The notes under the pieces are model-generated. The model worked only from the letters and a program-made list of their open reading frames with translations. It was not told the DNA's origin and did no database searches. A DNA stretch of 64,000 nt from a virus. The position numbers and the translations under genes were made by a program. Within the stretch, counting starts at the first letter, position 1. Every line of letters begins with the position of its first letter. The stretch spans positions 1 to 64,000 of the IMG/VR virus record IMGVR_UViG_3300046170_000494; one strand, given 5' to 3'. Shown piece by piece: positions 40,028 to 49,071 of this stretch.

Positions 40028-41407
40028 ATGGCTATTAAAATATCAGAATTAACCTCGCAAGCAAGACCTAATGCAAGTTCGGAAATTGCTATTGCATTTG
40101 GAGGATCAAGTTACAAAGTAAAAATTTCAGATTTACTAAACACAACTTCTGCAATATATACTTCAACAGTAGGATTTATTGGAGATTCTGGGAGTGGAGC
40201 TGTTGAAGGAGGTCAAATATATTTTGGTTTACCTGGTATTAGCCAAAGTGAGTTATCTTCAAATCCAGAAGGTAACGGTTGGAATATCGATTGTTTTAGA
40301 GATATAGATGGTGGATATGGATTTGGTGCTGGCGATAATACTTATTTGCGATTTTTCTCGCCTATGCAAAGATGGACTTCCACGGCAAGCGGACTCTTAG
40401 ACCCTATACTAATGACTCCAAGAGGAGGTCTATATGCCAATGGTTTTGTTAATCGAATGTATCATGATATAACTTATTCAAGGCGTAGCGTGATAGGTGG
40501 AGGTTCTGGCGCATCAAAGGGAGATGTTATCATGCAAGCAAATTTAGGACTCACTAATCTTAGTGAAGGCAATGCGATTAATGTAGTTTACGGCACAGGA
40601 AATCCTACATTTATATCGTACACCGGAGGAGCATCTGCGGGCATGCGTCTGTCAACGGTGTATAAACCTGACGGTTCCGAGACTAGCACCGCTATAAGAA
40701 ACACAGATATATTTAATGAAGGAAATTATGGAACTCTTCAAATTACAAAACCAGGAAAAACTTCAAATTCAACAATTCTTACTCTCACTCTAGATGGAAC
40801 ATTAAGCACTATTGGCGGAGGAACTTCTGACGAAAGAGTCAAAAAAGACATAGAATCTTTAAGTCAAGCTGAAAAAAATGTAGCTTTAAAAATAAAAGCT
40901 AATATGAAAAAATTCAGAAGAACTGATCAAATAGAAGAAGGCAAAAAACTTAAGATTGGTGCTATCGCACAAGAAGTTGAGCAATTTTTTAACGAAGAGG
41001 GTCTAGACTATAAAGATTATTCAATTATTCACACGGAAAAAAGGTATGCTTTATTTGAAGGAGACAAAATAATCAAACACGAGTTACCTTCCGACATTGA
41101 AAATACAGAAGTCGAAGAACAAAAATCTAAAACTAAAGTCATATTAAAAGATGGCACTGAATACATCGGCGATGTCACTTCCTGGTTCTCGGAGGAAGAA
41201 TGTGCAGAGTGCGTGAGCCGTGGTATGACAAGAGATGAGTATCTCAATACTAAGATTTGCATACATATTGATGAGGATAAATATGAAGTTATTGCGCGAG
41301 AAGATATCGCTTCACAAAAAATTCTTCCACCAAAAGGTTGGGTTGAAGTAGACTTTTTTAGAATAGATTACGATCAACTTTTGGCATTTATAATTTCAGC
41401 TTTATAA
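40028..41407 (+). CDS. fibre protein with C-terminal intramolecular chaperone (peptidase S74)
   Basis: TSDERVKKDI...IGAIAQEVE...IDYDQLLAFII. Confidence 0.8.
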   Translation: MAIKISELTSQARPNASSEIAIAFGGSSYKVKISDLLNTTSAIYTSTVGFIGDSGSGAVEGGQIYFGLPGISQSELSSNPEGNGWNIDCFRDIDGGYGFGAGDNTYLRFFSPMQRWTSTASGLLDPILMTPRGGLYANGFVNRMYHDITYSRRSVIGGGSGASKGDVIMQANLGLTNLSEGNAINVVYGTGNPTFISYTGGASAGMRLSTVYKPDGSETSTAIRNTDIFNEGNYGTLQITKPGKTSNSTILTLTLDGTLSTIGGGTSDERVKKDIESLSQAEKNVALKIKANMKKFRRTDQIEEGKKLKIGAIAQEVEQFFNEEGLDYKDYSIIHTEKRYALFEGDKIIKHELPSDIENTEVEEQKSKTKVILKDGTEYIGDVTSWFSEEECAECVSRGMTRDEYLNTKICIHIDEDKYEVIAREDIASQKILPPKGWVEVDFFRIDYDQLLAFIISAL

Positions 41408-41411
41408 TATT

Positions 41412-42293
41412 ATGGGAACACCAATATCACAATTAACAAACGATGCAAGCCCTAATGTGAGTTCAGAAATTGCTATTGCATTTGGAGGATCAAATTACAA
41501 AGTAAAAATACAAGATCTATTTAAGGAGGCTGGAATATCAGTTTACCACCCTTTACCTGCCAATGGCATTATTTTCGACGTATCCGGCGGGACAGCTAAC
41601 TTTGCAGATTCTGCTCCTGGAGCTTCACACGCTATATATATTAGAAATACTAGCACAACAGGTCATTCTGCTATTCTTCAACTGATTGCACGCTCAGGGG
41701 GATCAGGGTACACCAAAAGCATGAATCTGGATCTATCTGCTGCACTAAATGTCTATCAGATGGTTTTTTGGGAAGGAGATCAGATTGGCGTAAGGTTACA
41801 AAATTCCACTGGTGGTGGTGGCGGTTCTTTTCATCCAGTAAAAGATAATAAAACAACTTTGGGCCTTTCAGGCGCAAGATGGTCTGTAGTGTATGCTGGA
41901 ACAGGGTCGATTAACACTTCTGACAAAAATTTAAAACAAGACATATCTTCCTTGGAGGACGCAGAAAAAAAGGTCGCATTTAAGCTAAAAGATATGGTTA
42001 AAAAATTCCGCTGGATTGAATCTGTAGAGAAAAAAGGAGAAAATGCTAGAATACATGTAGGCGTAATTGCTCAAGAAGTGCAAAAAGTTTTTGAGGATGA
42101 GGGTTTAGATGCTCATCGATATGCAATATTCTGTGAAGATACTTTTTGGGAAGGCGAAGAAGAGATGGGCGCAAAAGGACAAACACAAATGATGCCAGTT
42201 ACATCTGAAACGGAAAAAGAGGGTTACGAAAAAGTTACTAGATTAGGAATAAGGTACGATCAACTTTTGGCATTTATAATTTCAGCTTTGTAA
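41412..42293 (+). CDS. fibre protein with C-terminal intramolecular chaperone (peptidase S74)
   Basis: TSDKNLKQDI...HVGVIAQEVQ...GIRYDQLLAFII. Confidence 0.82.
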   Translation: MGTPISQLTNDASPNVSSEIAIAFGGSNYKVKIQDLFKEAGISVYHPLPANGIIFDVSGGTANFADSAPGASHAIYIRNTSTTGHSAILQLIARSGGSGYTKSMNLDLSAALNVYQMVFWEGDQIGVRLQNSTGGGGGSFHPVKDNKTTLGLSGARWSVVYAGTGSINTSDKNLKQDISSLEDAEKKVAFKLKDMVKKFRWIESVEKKGENARIHVGVIAQEVQKVFEDEGLDAHRYAIFCEDTFWEGEEEMGAKGQTQMMPVTSETEKEGYEKVTRLGIRYDQLLAFIISAL

Positions 42294-42304
42294 GTTTTAT
42301 TTTC

Positions 42305-42309
42305 GTGTA
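42305..42309 (+). promoter_or_regulatory. putative phage late promoter GTGTA-N9-ATG
   Basis: 9 nt before ATG 42319. Confidence 0.55.
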
Positions 42310-42318
42310 TTTTAATAC

Positions 42319-42630
42319 ATGAATTTAATTATAGAATCTTGCTTATCAGAACCTCCTAGTGAAATTTATTGTTTTCGCGATATTACATTGTATGCTCGCA
42401 CATATATTTTTGATGATATTTTATTAGAATGTCCACCAGGAACGCGCACTGCTTATTGGAATTGGTTGAAGCATTATGGCGCGCATGACTTTATATCTTA
42501 TCTTGTTCGAAATACTGAAAATGAAACTGGGTATACAATAAAAACGGCCAACGATGCTAATATCACCGTTGACCGTATTGACGTCAGAAATTTAAACGAT
42601 ATTATCCTTCGCCTGCAGGCTCTTCGCTAG
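42319..42630 (+). CDS. hypothetical protein
   Basis: ORF preceded by a GTGTA promoter motif. Confidence 0.6.
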   Translation: MNLIIESCLSEPPSEIYCFRDITLYARTYIFDDILLECPPGTRTAYWNWLKHYGAHDFISYLVRNTENETGYTIKTANDANITVDRIDVRNLNDIILRLQALR

Positions 42631-43114
42631 GCTCTGGAGGAGGTTTATTAGCCTCTTCAAGGGCTGACTTAAACTGTTCCTCAGAGAAACCTTCAACTGT
42701 ATTTTTAGAGCGGTTAATGGCTTGCGTTTGAAGAAGCTGAATTAACGTATTGACTGGAACGCCAGATAGTAAGTCTACCATGGTAGCGTTTTTTAAGTAA
42801 TCATTAGCAATGAATGTTACCACTTTTTCCATATCTTCATCAGAAGGAATATGCGCGTTATCATTTTTTGTTTCAGTTTGTTCTGCTGTTGCTGTTGTCA
42901 TAATATATTATTGTTGATTAAATTGATTATTATATAATTGTTGATTGTTATTTCTATAAATTTGTTTAGTAAATAAATTATGAAATATTACTTGTTGTTG
43001 TAGTGTTCTTATTTCTTTATTTTGCTGATTCACCAATTCATTCTGATCCCATGCAAACCACATCATAAAAAATAAAGCCAATAGTAAACTCACGATAGTT
43101 AAATGATCATTCAT
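42602..43114 (-). CDS. two minus-strand genes (42602-42901; 42908-43114 with N-terminal TM helix)
   Basis: Small opposite-strand unit within the fibre cluster. Confidence 0.55.
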
Positions 43115-43255
43115 TAGTATATAGTAATATAATATATTTAAAAGTAAAGTGTTTTTTAATTTAAAATTGTTTATTATAAATTATAATGAATATTATGGAA
43201 TGCAGAGAGGTTCTGCAGGAATCTATATAGAAACTTTTAGTGTAAATATATTTTA

Positions 43256-44782
43256 ATGTCTAATAAAAAAATAAGTGAAATTCCAGAAATTACAAATAGC
43301 GCTTTTTCTGCGTTCGGTCATCAGTATTATGTGATGGTTGAGAAAGCTGATGGAACGCTTTATAAAATGCTAGCAAATGAGGCTTTGAAACCTGCAGAAA
43401 GTTTAAGTAGTTTTGTATTTTTAGATGGACATAAAAAAATTCATACTTTTGGAAGCGATATTTCAACTGGTGGAGTCATCACTAATACAGTAAATTTATC
43501 TCAACATGGAGTACCTCAAGGTGCAACTACCGCAATTATTTCTGTAAAAATAACTGGAGGTAATTACCCCTCTTACAGCCTTAACTTTAATGGAGTAGAT
43601 GTAATAAGGTGGCATGGGGTAGGTCACCATTGGACTCAGCAATACACCGTTCCAATCAGCAACTCAAAGCTTGAAATAAAACTTTTGGCGAAAAATGTGA
43701 AAAACACTATAGAAATTTTTCTTAACGGATATGGCTAATAAAAAAATATCTGATTTACCTCAAATCTCTTCAAATTCTTTTGATGCAGATGAAGATTATC
43801 TACTTGTGCAGAGAAATTTATCGAACGCTCCTACGTTTAGGGCTAATGTTTCTTATGCAACTGCAAGCGCTCAATCTTCTAAAAAAATAACACTATTTGA
43901 CGGGAAGAAAAGCATTTTCGACATGCCAAATATTGGCCACGCTTCAAATTCATATAACCCCCCGGCGGAAAATAGGCAAAGAGATGTTTATGATTTAAGT
44001 CTATTGGGAGTCCCAAAAACAGCTTCTGCGGCTTATGTTAGTTTTGATCATCACGGCAGTGGTTGGCCTGCTTTAGTTTTTAACTATTACAATAATGCAA
44101 CCACTTCTCAATCTCATAGATTTGAATATTGGTATAAGAGGGGTATAATGAGCAATCATACCTTGTGGATGCCTTTAGACAACGCCAAGCTTCATATTCA
44201 ATGGGTATGGGTTTATTTTTATACTGCTTCGTGTAGTTTTTATCTTCACGGTTACGTGTAATGAGTAAAAAAATAGAAGAATTACCTACCTTAGATCCCG
44301 CCGATTATAATCCGGAGGAGGATTTAATCTTAATAGAAAAAAGTTCAGGAGGCACTTTCTGTACTACAAGTCAAGCAATTTTTAAATCACAACGCTCTGA
44401 ACAATCAAGTTTTATAAATTTTTTCAAAAATCCAAAAACTTTAGCTACAATTGCTGCAGAAGATGTATCTAATCAATCAAAACAATATAATGTCCAAAGC
44501 TCTGGAGTTCCGTCTACGGCGAAATATGTATTAATTCATTTTGTTGAAACCTCAATTAATCGAGATTCAAGCCCAAAATACCTTGTATTCAGCGCTGACG
44601 CAATAAGTGATAACTTCTATTACAGAAGAACTTATCACCCAAACCCTAGTAAATCTAACAACTCTCCTCATAGGTGGACAGATACTCACTGGTTTCATAT
44701 ACAATCAGATGGAACAATTAAAATTAGCTATCACGACTGTAGGCATTTTACAATTGACATTGAATTAATTGCTTACTCATAA
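43256..44782 (+). CDS. three tandem paralogous small fibre-tip-like proteins (43256-43738, 43731-44261, 44261-44782)
   Basis: Shared KKI(S/E)(E/D)(L/I)P start, internal GVP.(G/T)A motif and terminal hydrophobic-GY/AY. Confidence 0.65.
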
Positions 44783-44934
44783 TGCCTTTACCAAAAAAAA
44801 ATTCCAAAGAAAAAAATAGCGATTTTATGAATCGTTGCATGAGTGACCCGTCCATCAAAAAAGAATTTAAGGAAATAAAACAAAGAGCCGCAGTTTGCTA
44901 TAGCAAAATAACTCGAAAGAGTAAAAAGTCTTGA
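44782..44934 (+). CDS. 50-aa conserved phage domain protein
   Basis: MPLPKKNSKEKNSDFMNRCMSD...KQRAAVCY; a related domain occurs in 58760-59275. Confidence 0.6.
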   Translation: MPLPKKNSKEKNSDFMNRCMSDPSIKKEFKEIKQRAAVCYSKITRKSKKS

Positions 44935-44965
44935 CTTTATAAATAAAATCTGAGATAATTCCAGT

Positions 44966-46543
44966 ATGAAATATTGGATATTATTTTTATTAGTTTTAGT
45001 TAACGTTTATTCTATTGAATTTGAAGTAATTCAAGAAACAGGTGATTCTAGAAATAGATACGACTTAGTTTTTATTGGAGATAGATATTTTGAGGGTGAA
45101 ATGCAAGAATATGCAGAAGATGTTAATGATATTTGGTTTGGTTTAATTAAAGACTACGCATTCTGGAATAGGTATAAAAACTTTTTTAATGTATATAGGT
45201 TGGATGCTATAAGTGTCGAAAATAACCCTGAAGAAATAAGAGACCCGGTCAATTCCTATTTAGGGCTAGACTTTATTAAAGGGGTTAGACCTGGGTGGTC
45301 GCAAATGTGGAATAGAAATTTAGAGTTATTTAAAAAATTAGGGGTGGGTCATGATTCAACGATTGTATTGACTAACAGATGGTATAATCTGGGGACAGCT
45401 TTGATGCACCCCGGGCAAGATCATATTGGCATAGGAATTTCAGTTTCTTCTGCAAAATTATCTATTGTTAATCATGAAATGGGGCATATATTGTCACTTG
45501 CTGCAGACGAATATCTTAACCAAGCAAACTTTTTAACCCTGAGGGCTCCTAACTTTGCTAAAACAGCGGAGATAGGTTATGAAAAATGGGGTCATTGGAT
45601 TGGTTATACTGATCCTTATACTAAGTTCGAAATAAAAGAACCTTTTAAGCGAAAAGGTACTAACTATTTTGTGCCAACAGAATCAAACGGTATAATGCAT
45701 CATGATAATACTGGAGATTTTCATGCAGTTAATAGAGAAAAAATGATATTAGCAATGTACAATTGGTTAAATCCAATTGATAGTTTTACAGAAAATAATA
45801 CAACAATTACAAGTGATAAGATTTTAGAAATAAATGTTATTGATCCAGAAGTGATTTCGGTTGCTTGGATTTTAGATGATCAAATTATTTCTAGATCAAA
45901 TACTCTAGAATTAGATGTATTTAATATTAAAGAGGGTTCAATAATTTACGGCTGCGCTTGGGATACGGCTCTCAACTCTGATTACAAAACAAATGATCGC
46001 GGAGGTTGGGTAAGAAAGGATGATGACAATTTAACTTACCAAATTATTTCTTGGGAAATATCTGGTCAAAAAAAGCAATATTCGGGAAGCGAAAATCCTA
46101 ACATATTAAAAATATTATTAGACAATACTCTTAAAACAGAATTTAAAAAAGCTGACATCCCCAATAATGAAGTTTCAAACAATAACAACATCGAGCAAGT
46201 TCAAACAGAAGAATCAAAAGTTTTAATTCAAAGTGAAATAGAAGAATTAAAAGTTCAAATCGAAAGTGAAAATGAAAAGTTTATTAGTTCTAGATTTCAC
46301 AATGACCTAATCAAGATTAATGAAAATAACTGGGTAGACGCAGGTTTTTTTGGGATTTTGCGTGTTTTTGATAACGGCTGGGGTTACCATGTCAATCACG
46401 GCTGGATATATATCGCAGAAGATACCGAAGATTTTTCTTTATGGTTCTGGAGTGAATCTATGAAAGACTGGATGTGGACAACTGAAGAATTTCCTTCTTA
46501 TTTTTATTCCAACAATCTAGGGGATTGGATTTATATTAATTAG
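44966..46543 (+). CDS. secreted M64-family (IgA peptidase-like) zinc metallopeptidase with Trp-rich C-terminal domain
   Basis: Signal peptide; YDLVFIGDRY...FNVY...HEMGH...ADEY; C-terminal GWGYHVNHGWIY...WFWS...WMWT...YFYS...WIYI. Confidence 0.8.
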   Translation: MKYWILFLLVLVNVYSIEFEVIQETGDSRNRYDLVFIGDRYFEGEMQEYAEDVNDIWFGLIKDYAFWNRYKNFFNVYRLDAISVENNPEEIRDPVNSYLGLDFIKGVRPGWSQMWNRNLELFKKLGVGHDSTIVLTNRWYNLGTALMHPGQDHIGIGISVSSAKLSIVNHEMGHILSLAADEYLNQANFLTLRAPNFAKTAEIGYEKWGHWIGYTDPYTKFEIKEPFKRKGTNYFVPTESNGIMHHDNTGDFHAVNREKMILAMYNWLNPIDSFTENNTTITSDKILEINVIDPEVISVAWILDDQIISRSNTLELDVFNIKEGSIIYGCAWDTALNSDYKTNDRGGWVRKDDDNLTYQIISWEISGQKKQYSGSENPNILKILLDNTLKTEFKKADIPNNEVSNNNNIEQVQTEESKVLIQSEIEELKVQIESENEKFISSRFHNDLIKINENNWVDAGFFGILRVFDNGWGYHVNHGWIYIAEDTEDFSLWFWSESMKDWMWTTEEFPSYFYSNNLGDWIYIN

Positions 46544-46733
46544 TATTTTTTTTAGATTTAATTCTTTTAATTTCTTCTGGCAAAATTTTAATCACTTTTT
46601 CAGGCTGATTACCCATCATTAATTCTGCGGGAGTAGAGCCATTTAGTCTATCATTCTCTGTTTTTAACCACCTAGTAGATTGATAAGAATTTAAATTTTT
46701 GCTTAATATTTCGAGTATAGACTTTTGAGACAT
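46536..46733 (-). CDS. antitoxin Xre/MbcA/ParS C-terminal-domain protein
   Basis: RWLKTENDRLNGSTPAELM...V..IL signature; GTGTA at 46743-46747, 9 nt upstream. Confidence 0.68.
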   Translation of the reverse strand: MSQKSILEILSKNLNSYQSTRWLKTENDRLNGSTPAELMMGNQPEKVIKILPEEIKRIKSKKNTN

Positions 46734-46761
46734 ATAACATATTACACTTTTTTTTATTAAA

Positions 46762-47370
46762 TTAAATTACAATGTATTTTATATGTTCTTGATTTGGATA
46801 TTGTTCCAGTAAAACATGCTTACCTGTTTGAGGTTCGAATATATACCATCCTTGTGTTGTGAAGACAATATTTAATGCATGTAAACCTCCCGCGGGTATT
46901 CCGCCGAATTCTTTTACTTGATTTACGATCACTAAACCCACCGCAGGCTCTACTTTATCGTTGCTTTTGTAGCTTGATATAGAAAATAATGATTTATATA
47001 ACATCGCAAAATTATCACAATCATTGCTTTCTCCTTGATCAATCGGTAATATTCCGTTTTCAAATTTCAACTTTTGAAACCAATTATTAAACTTTTTATA
47101 CAAAAAGAAATCGACATATCTATATTTTGAGTCCAATCTTAAAAACTGTAAATTTTTTGGGGTATATATTTTTACATTATTAAATCCTCTTCCGTATGCA
47201 AAATGATATGCAAAGTCTCTGTTATCTAGGAAAGAATCTCTTTTTTCTTCTGTGGTTGGAATTGATTTAATTTCCTTTAAATCTGTTTCGATGCAAGAAC
47301 TTAATAGCCAAGTAGATAATACAACGCCAGAAAATACCGCAAGGCACGATACGCAAAATTTATTTTTCAT
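46762..47370 (-). CDS. lipoprotein with papain/transglutaminase-like Cys-His domain
   Basis: Lipobox LSSC; NDCDNFA...HALNI...IFEPQ. Confidence 0.65.
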   Translation of the reverse strand: MKNKFCVSCLAVFSGVVLSTWLLSSCIETDLKEIKSIPTTEEKRDSFLDNRDFAYHFAYGRGFNNVKIYTPKNLQFLRLDSKYRYVDFFLYKKFNNWFQKLKFENGILPIDQGESNDCDNFAMLYKSLFSISSYKSNDKVEPAVGLVIVNQVKEFGGIPAGGLHALNIVFTTQGWYIFEPQTGKHVLLEQYPNQEHIKYIVI

Positions 47371-47397
47371 TGTAGTATAATATACACTGAAATACTG

Positions 47398-47402
47398 GTG
47401 TA
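47398..47402 (+). promoter_or_regulatory. putative phage late promoter GTGTA-N9-ATG
   Basis: 9 nt before ATG 47412. Confidence 0.55.
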
Positions 47403-47411
47403 TATAAATAT

Positions 47412-47846
47412 ATGGGTCCTATATTGAATACTATAATTGGAGCAGGAATTAAACTAGCATGTAATTTAATCAATGCGTGGCTCGACCAAAAAAGGCAGGA
47501 TCAATTAGCTTTAGCTTCAAGAGATGAAAAAATGATGCAAGCTTTAATAGATAGCCAAAATGAAAATTCTAAAGATCCTTTTGTCAAAGTTACAAGAAGA
47601 ATACTATTTATGAGTATTACATTTACTATGTGTTTTTTAATGATTTATTATGCAATGAATCCTCATATATCATACGATCTAATCGTACCTAAGGGAGATG
47701 GATCAAGGTTCGGTTTTTTTGGTTGGATTTTTGGAGCTAAGGATTGGGAGCTAGTAAAAATGACTGGAGGTCTAATGCTAGCATCGTTTATGGATTTATG
47801 TTTTATGGTGGTGGGATTTTATGCAATACCGAGTAAAAGAAGATGA
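47412..47846 (+). CDS. holin-like membrane protein
   Basis: Amphipathic N-terminus, V..TRRIL and two to three TM segments (3TM holin-like). Confidence 0.5.
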   Translation: MGPILNTIIGAGIKLACNLINAWLDQKRQDQLALASRDEKMMQALIDSQNENSKDPFVKVTRRILFMSITFTMCFLMIYYAMNPHISYDLIVPKGDGSRFGFFGWIFGAKDWELVKMTGGLMLASFMDLCFMVVGFYAIPSKRR

Positions 47847-48091
47847 ATAATTTTATTCTACCTATTTTACTTTTTTTATCTGGTTGTGCATCAAAAAACA
47901 ATCAAAATAAAAAACCTACAGAAAGTTTTGATAAGTTAGATCAAAATAGAGATGAAATAATAACTATCGACGAATATAGTAGAGCCATAATAGATAATTA
48001 CGATTATACTGGCCCTTTATTTTGGTTGGGGGTAATTCTTGGTGTAGTATTTTTTATAAATTTAGTTGTATCATATATTTCAAGAAAATGA
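47843..48091 (+). CDS. lipoprotein with EF-hand loop and C-terminal TM helix
   Basis: Lipobox LSGC; DQNRDEIITIDE 12-residue EF loop; hydrophobic C-terminus. Confidence 0.55.
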   Translation: MNNFILPILLFLSGCASKNNQNKKPTESFDKLDQNRDEIITIDEYSRAIIDNYDYTGPLFWLGVILGVVFFINLVVSYISRK

Positions 48092-48678
48092 ATTCAGGTT
48101 TAGATATTATAAGCGTGCTGACAGGATTGGTTTCTGCCGCGACTGCAGTTTTAGGTGTCTGGTTAAAGATTAAATATGACGAAAATAAAAACAAGCAATT
48201 AAATTATGATCCGCAATTACATGGAAATGTAGTAACTGCTTTAGAGTTTATATTGCAAGAAACTGAAGCTGATAGATCTTACGTTTTAGAATTTCACAAC
48301 GGAGAACATTATTTTTCGGGCAGAAGTCAGCAAAAATTAAGTTGTACATACGAGATAGTGAGCGAAGGTATTTCAGTTGAGTCTCAAAATATTCAAAATA
48401 TAAGAGTTTCTAATTTTCACGGGCTAGTTAAATCAATATCACAAGATCAAACTTTTGCTTGCAGAAATGTTGACCGATATGATGACGATATGTCTTTTAG
48501 GGCTTTTATGCAAAGCAAAGGGGTTAAAAGTATGTTTGCTCGACCAATAAAAACCTTAAATGGAAAAATTATAGGAATTATAATTCTCGAATATGTGAAA
48601 GAACCTAGGCGATGGAGTGATGATGCAGAAGAGTTTTTAAAGAAACAGTCTCGAATAATAAGTGGTTATTTGATATAA
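48088..48678 (+). CDS. TM plus GAF-domain protein (T4 holin T-like architecture)
   Basis: N-terminal TM helix; ADRSYVLEFHNG...LSCTYE...PIKTLNGKIIGII. Confidence 0.6.
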   Translation: MNSGLDIISVLTGLVSAATAVLGVWLKIKYDENKNKQLNYDPQLHGNVVTALEFILQETEADRSYVLEFHNGEHYFSGRSQQKLSCTYEIVSEGISVESQNIQNIRVSNFHGLVKSISQDQTFACRNVDRYDDDMSFRAFMQSKGVKSMFARPIKTLNGKIIGIIILEYVKEPRRWSDDAEEFLKKQSRIISGYLI

Positions 48679-48705
48679 TTATTTTTTTTATTATAATAAA
48701 TTAAT

Positions 48706-49071
48706 ATGGCTTTTTCTTACTGTCCTCATTGTGGGTTTAAAAATATGTATTCTATGCAAGCGCCAAAATTTTGTGGTGGTTGTGGAGAAAGTTTGAGTAT
48801 ATTGTCTGCTGCAAAAACTCAAAAATCTATTTCACGCAAACAGGTTTCTCCCCAAAGAAATCAAGTGGTTGATGATCCTGACGGAGTTGACATTTACGAA
48901 GTGCCTCACATTTCAAAATTGTCGTATAGTATAGAAACAGATAAAAACAAATTCGATTTAAAAGATTTAGTTCCATTGGAAGCTCTTGAGGAATTTAATG
49001 AAGATGAGGGAAAGTCAACTGTAAAAAAACAAGCAACAAAAAAGAAGCGTGGAAGACCAGCAAAGCGATAG
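48706..49071 (+). CDS. zinc-ribbon protein
   Basis: CPHCG...KFCGGCG. Confidence 0.7.
   Translation: MAFSYCPHCGFKNMYSMQAPKFCGGCGESLSILSAAKTQKSISRKQVSPQRNQVVDDPDGVDIYEVPHISKLSYSIETDKNKFDLKDLVPLEALEEFNEDEGKSTVKKQATKKKRGRPAKR

Noticed and set aside
40028-42293. Diversity-generating retroelement in the fibre genes
   Set aside because: Both repeat copies are in coding sequence, the mismatches are not adenine-specific, and no reverse transcriptase is present in the window.
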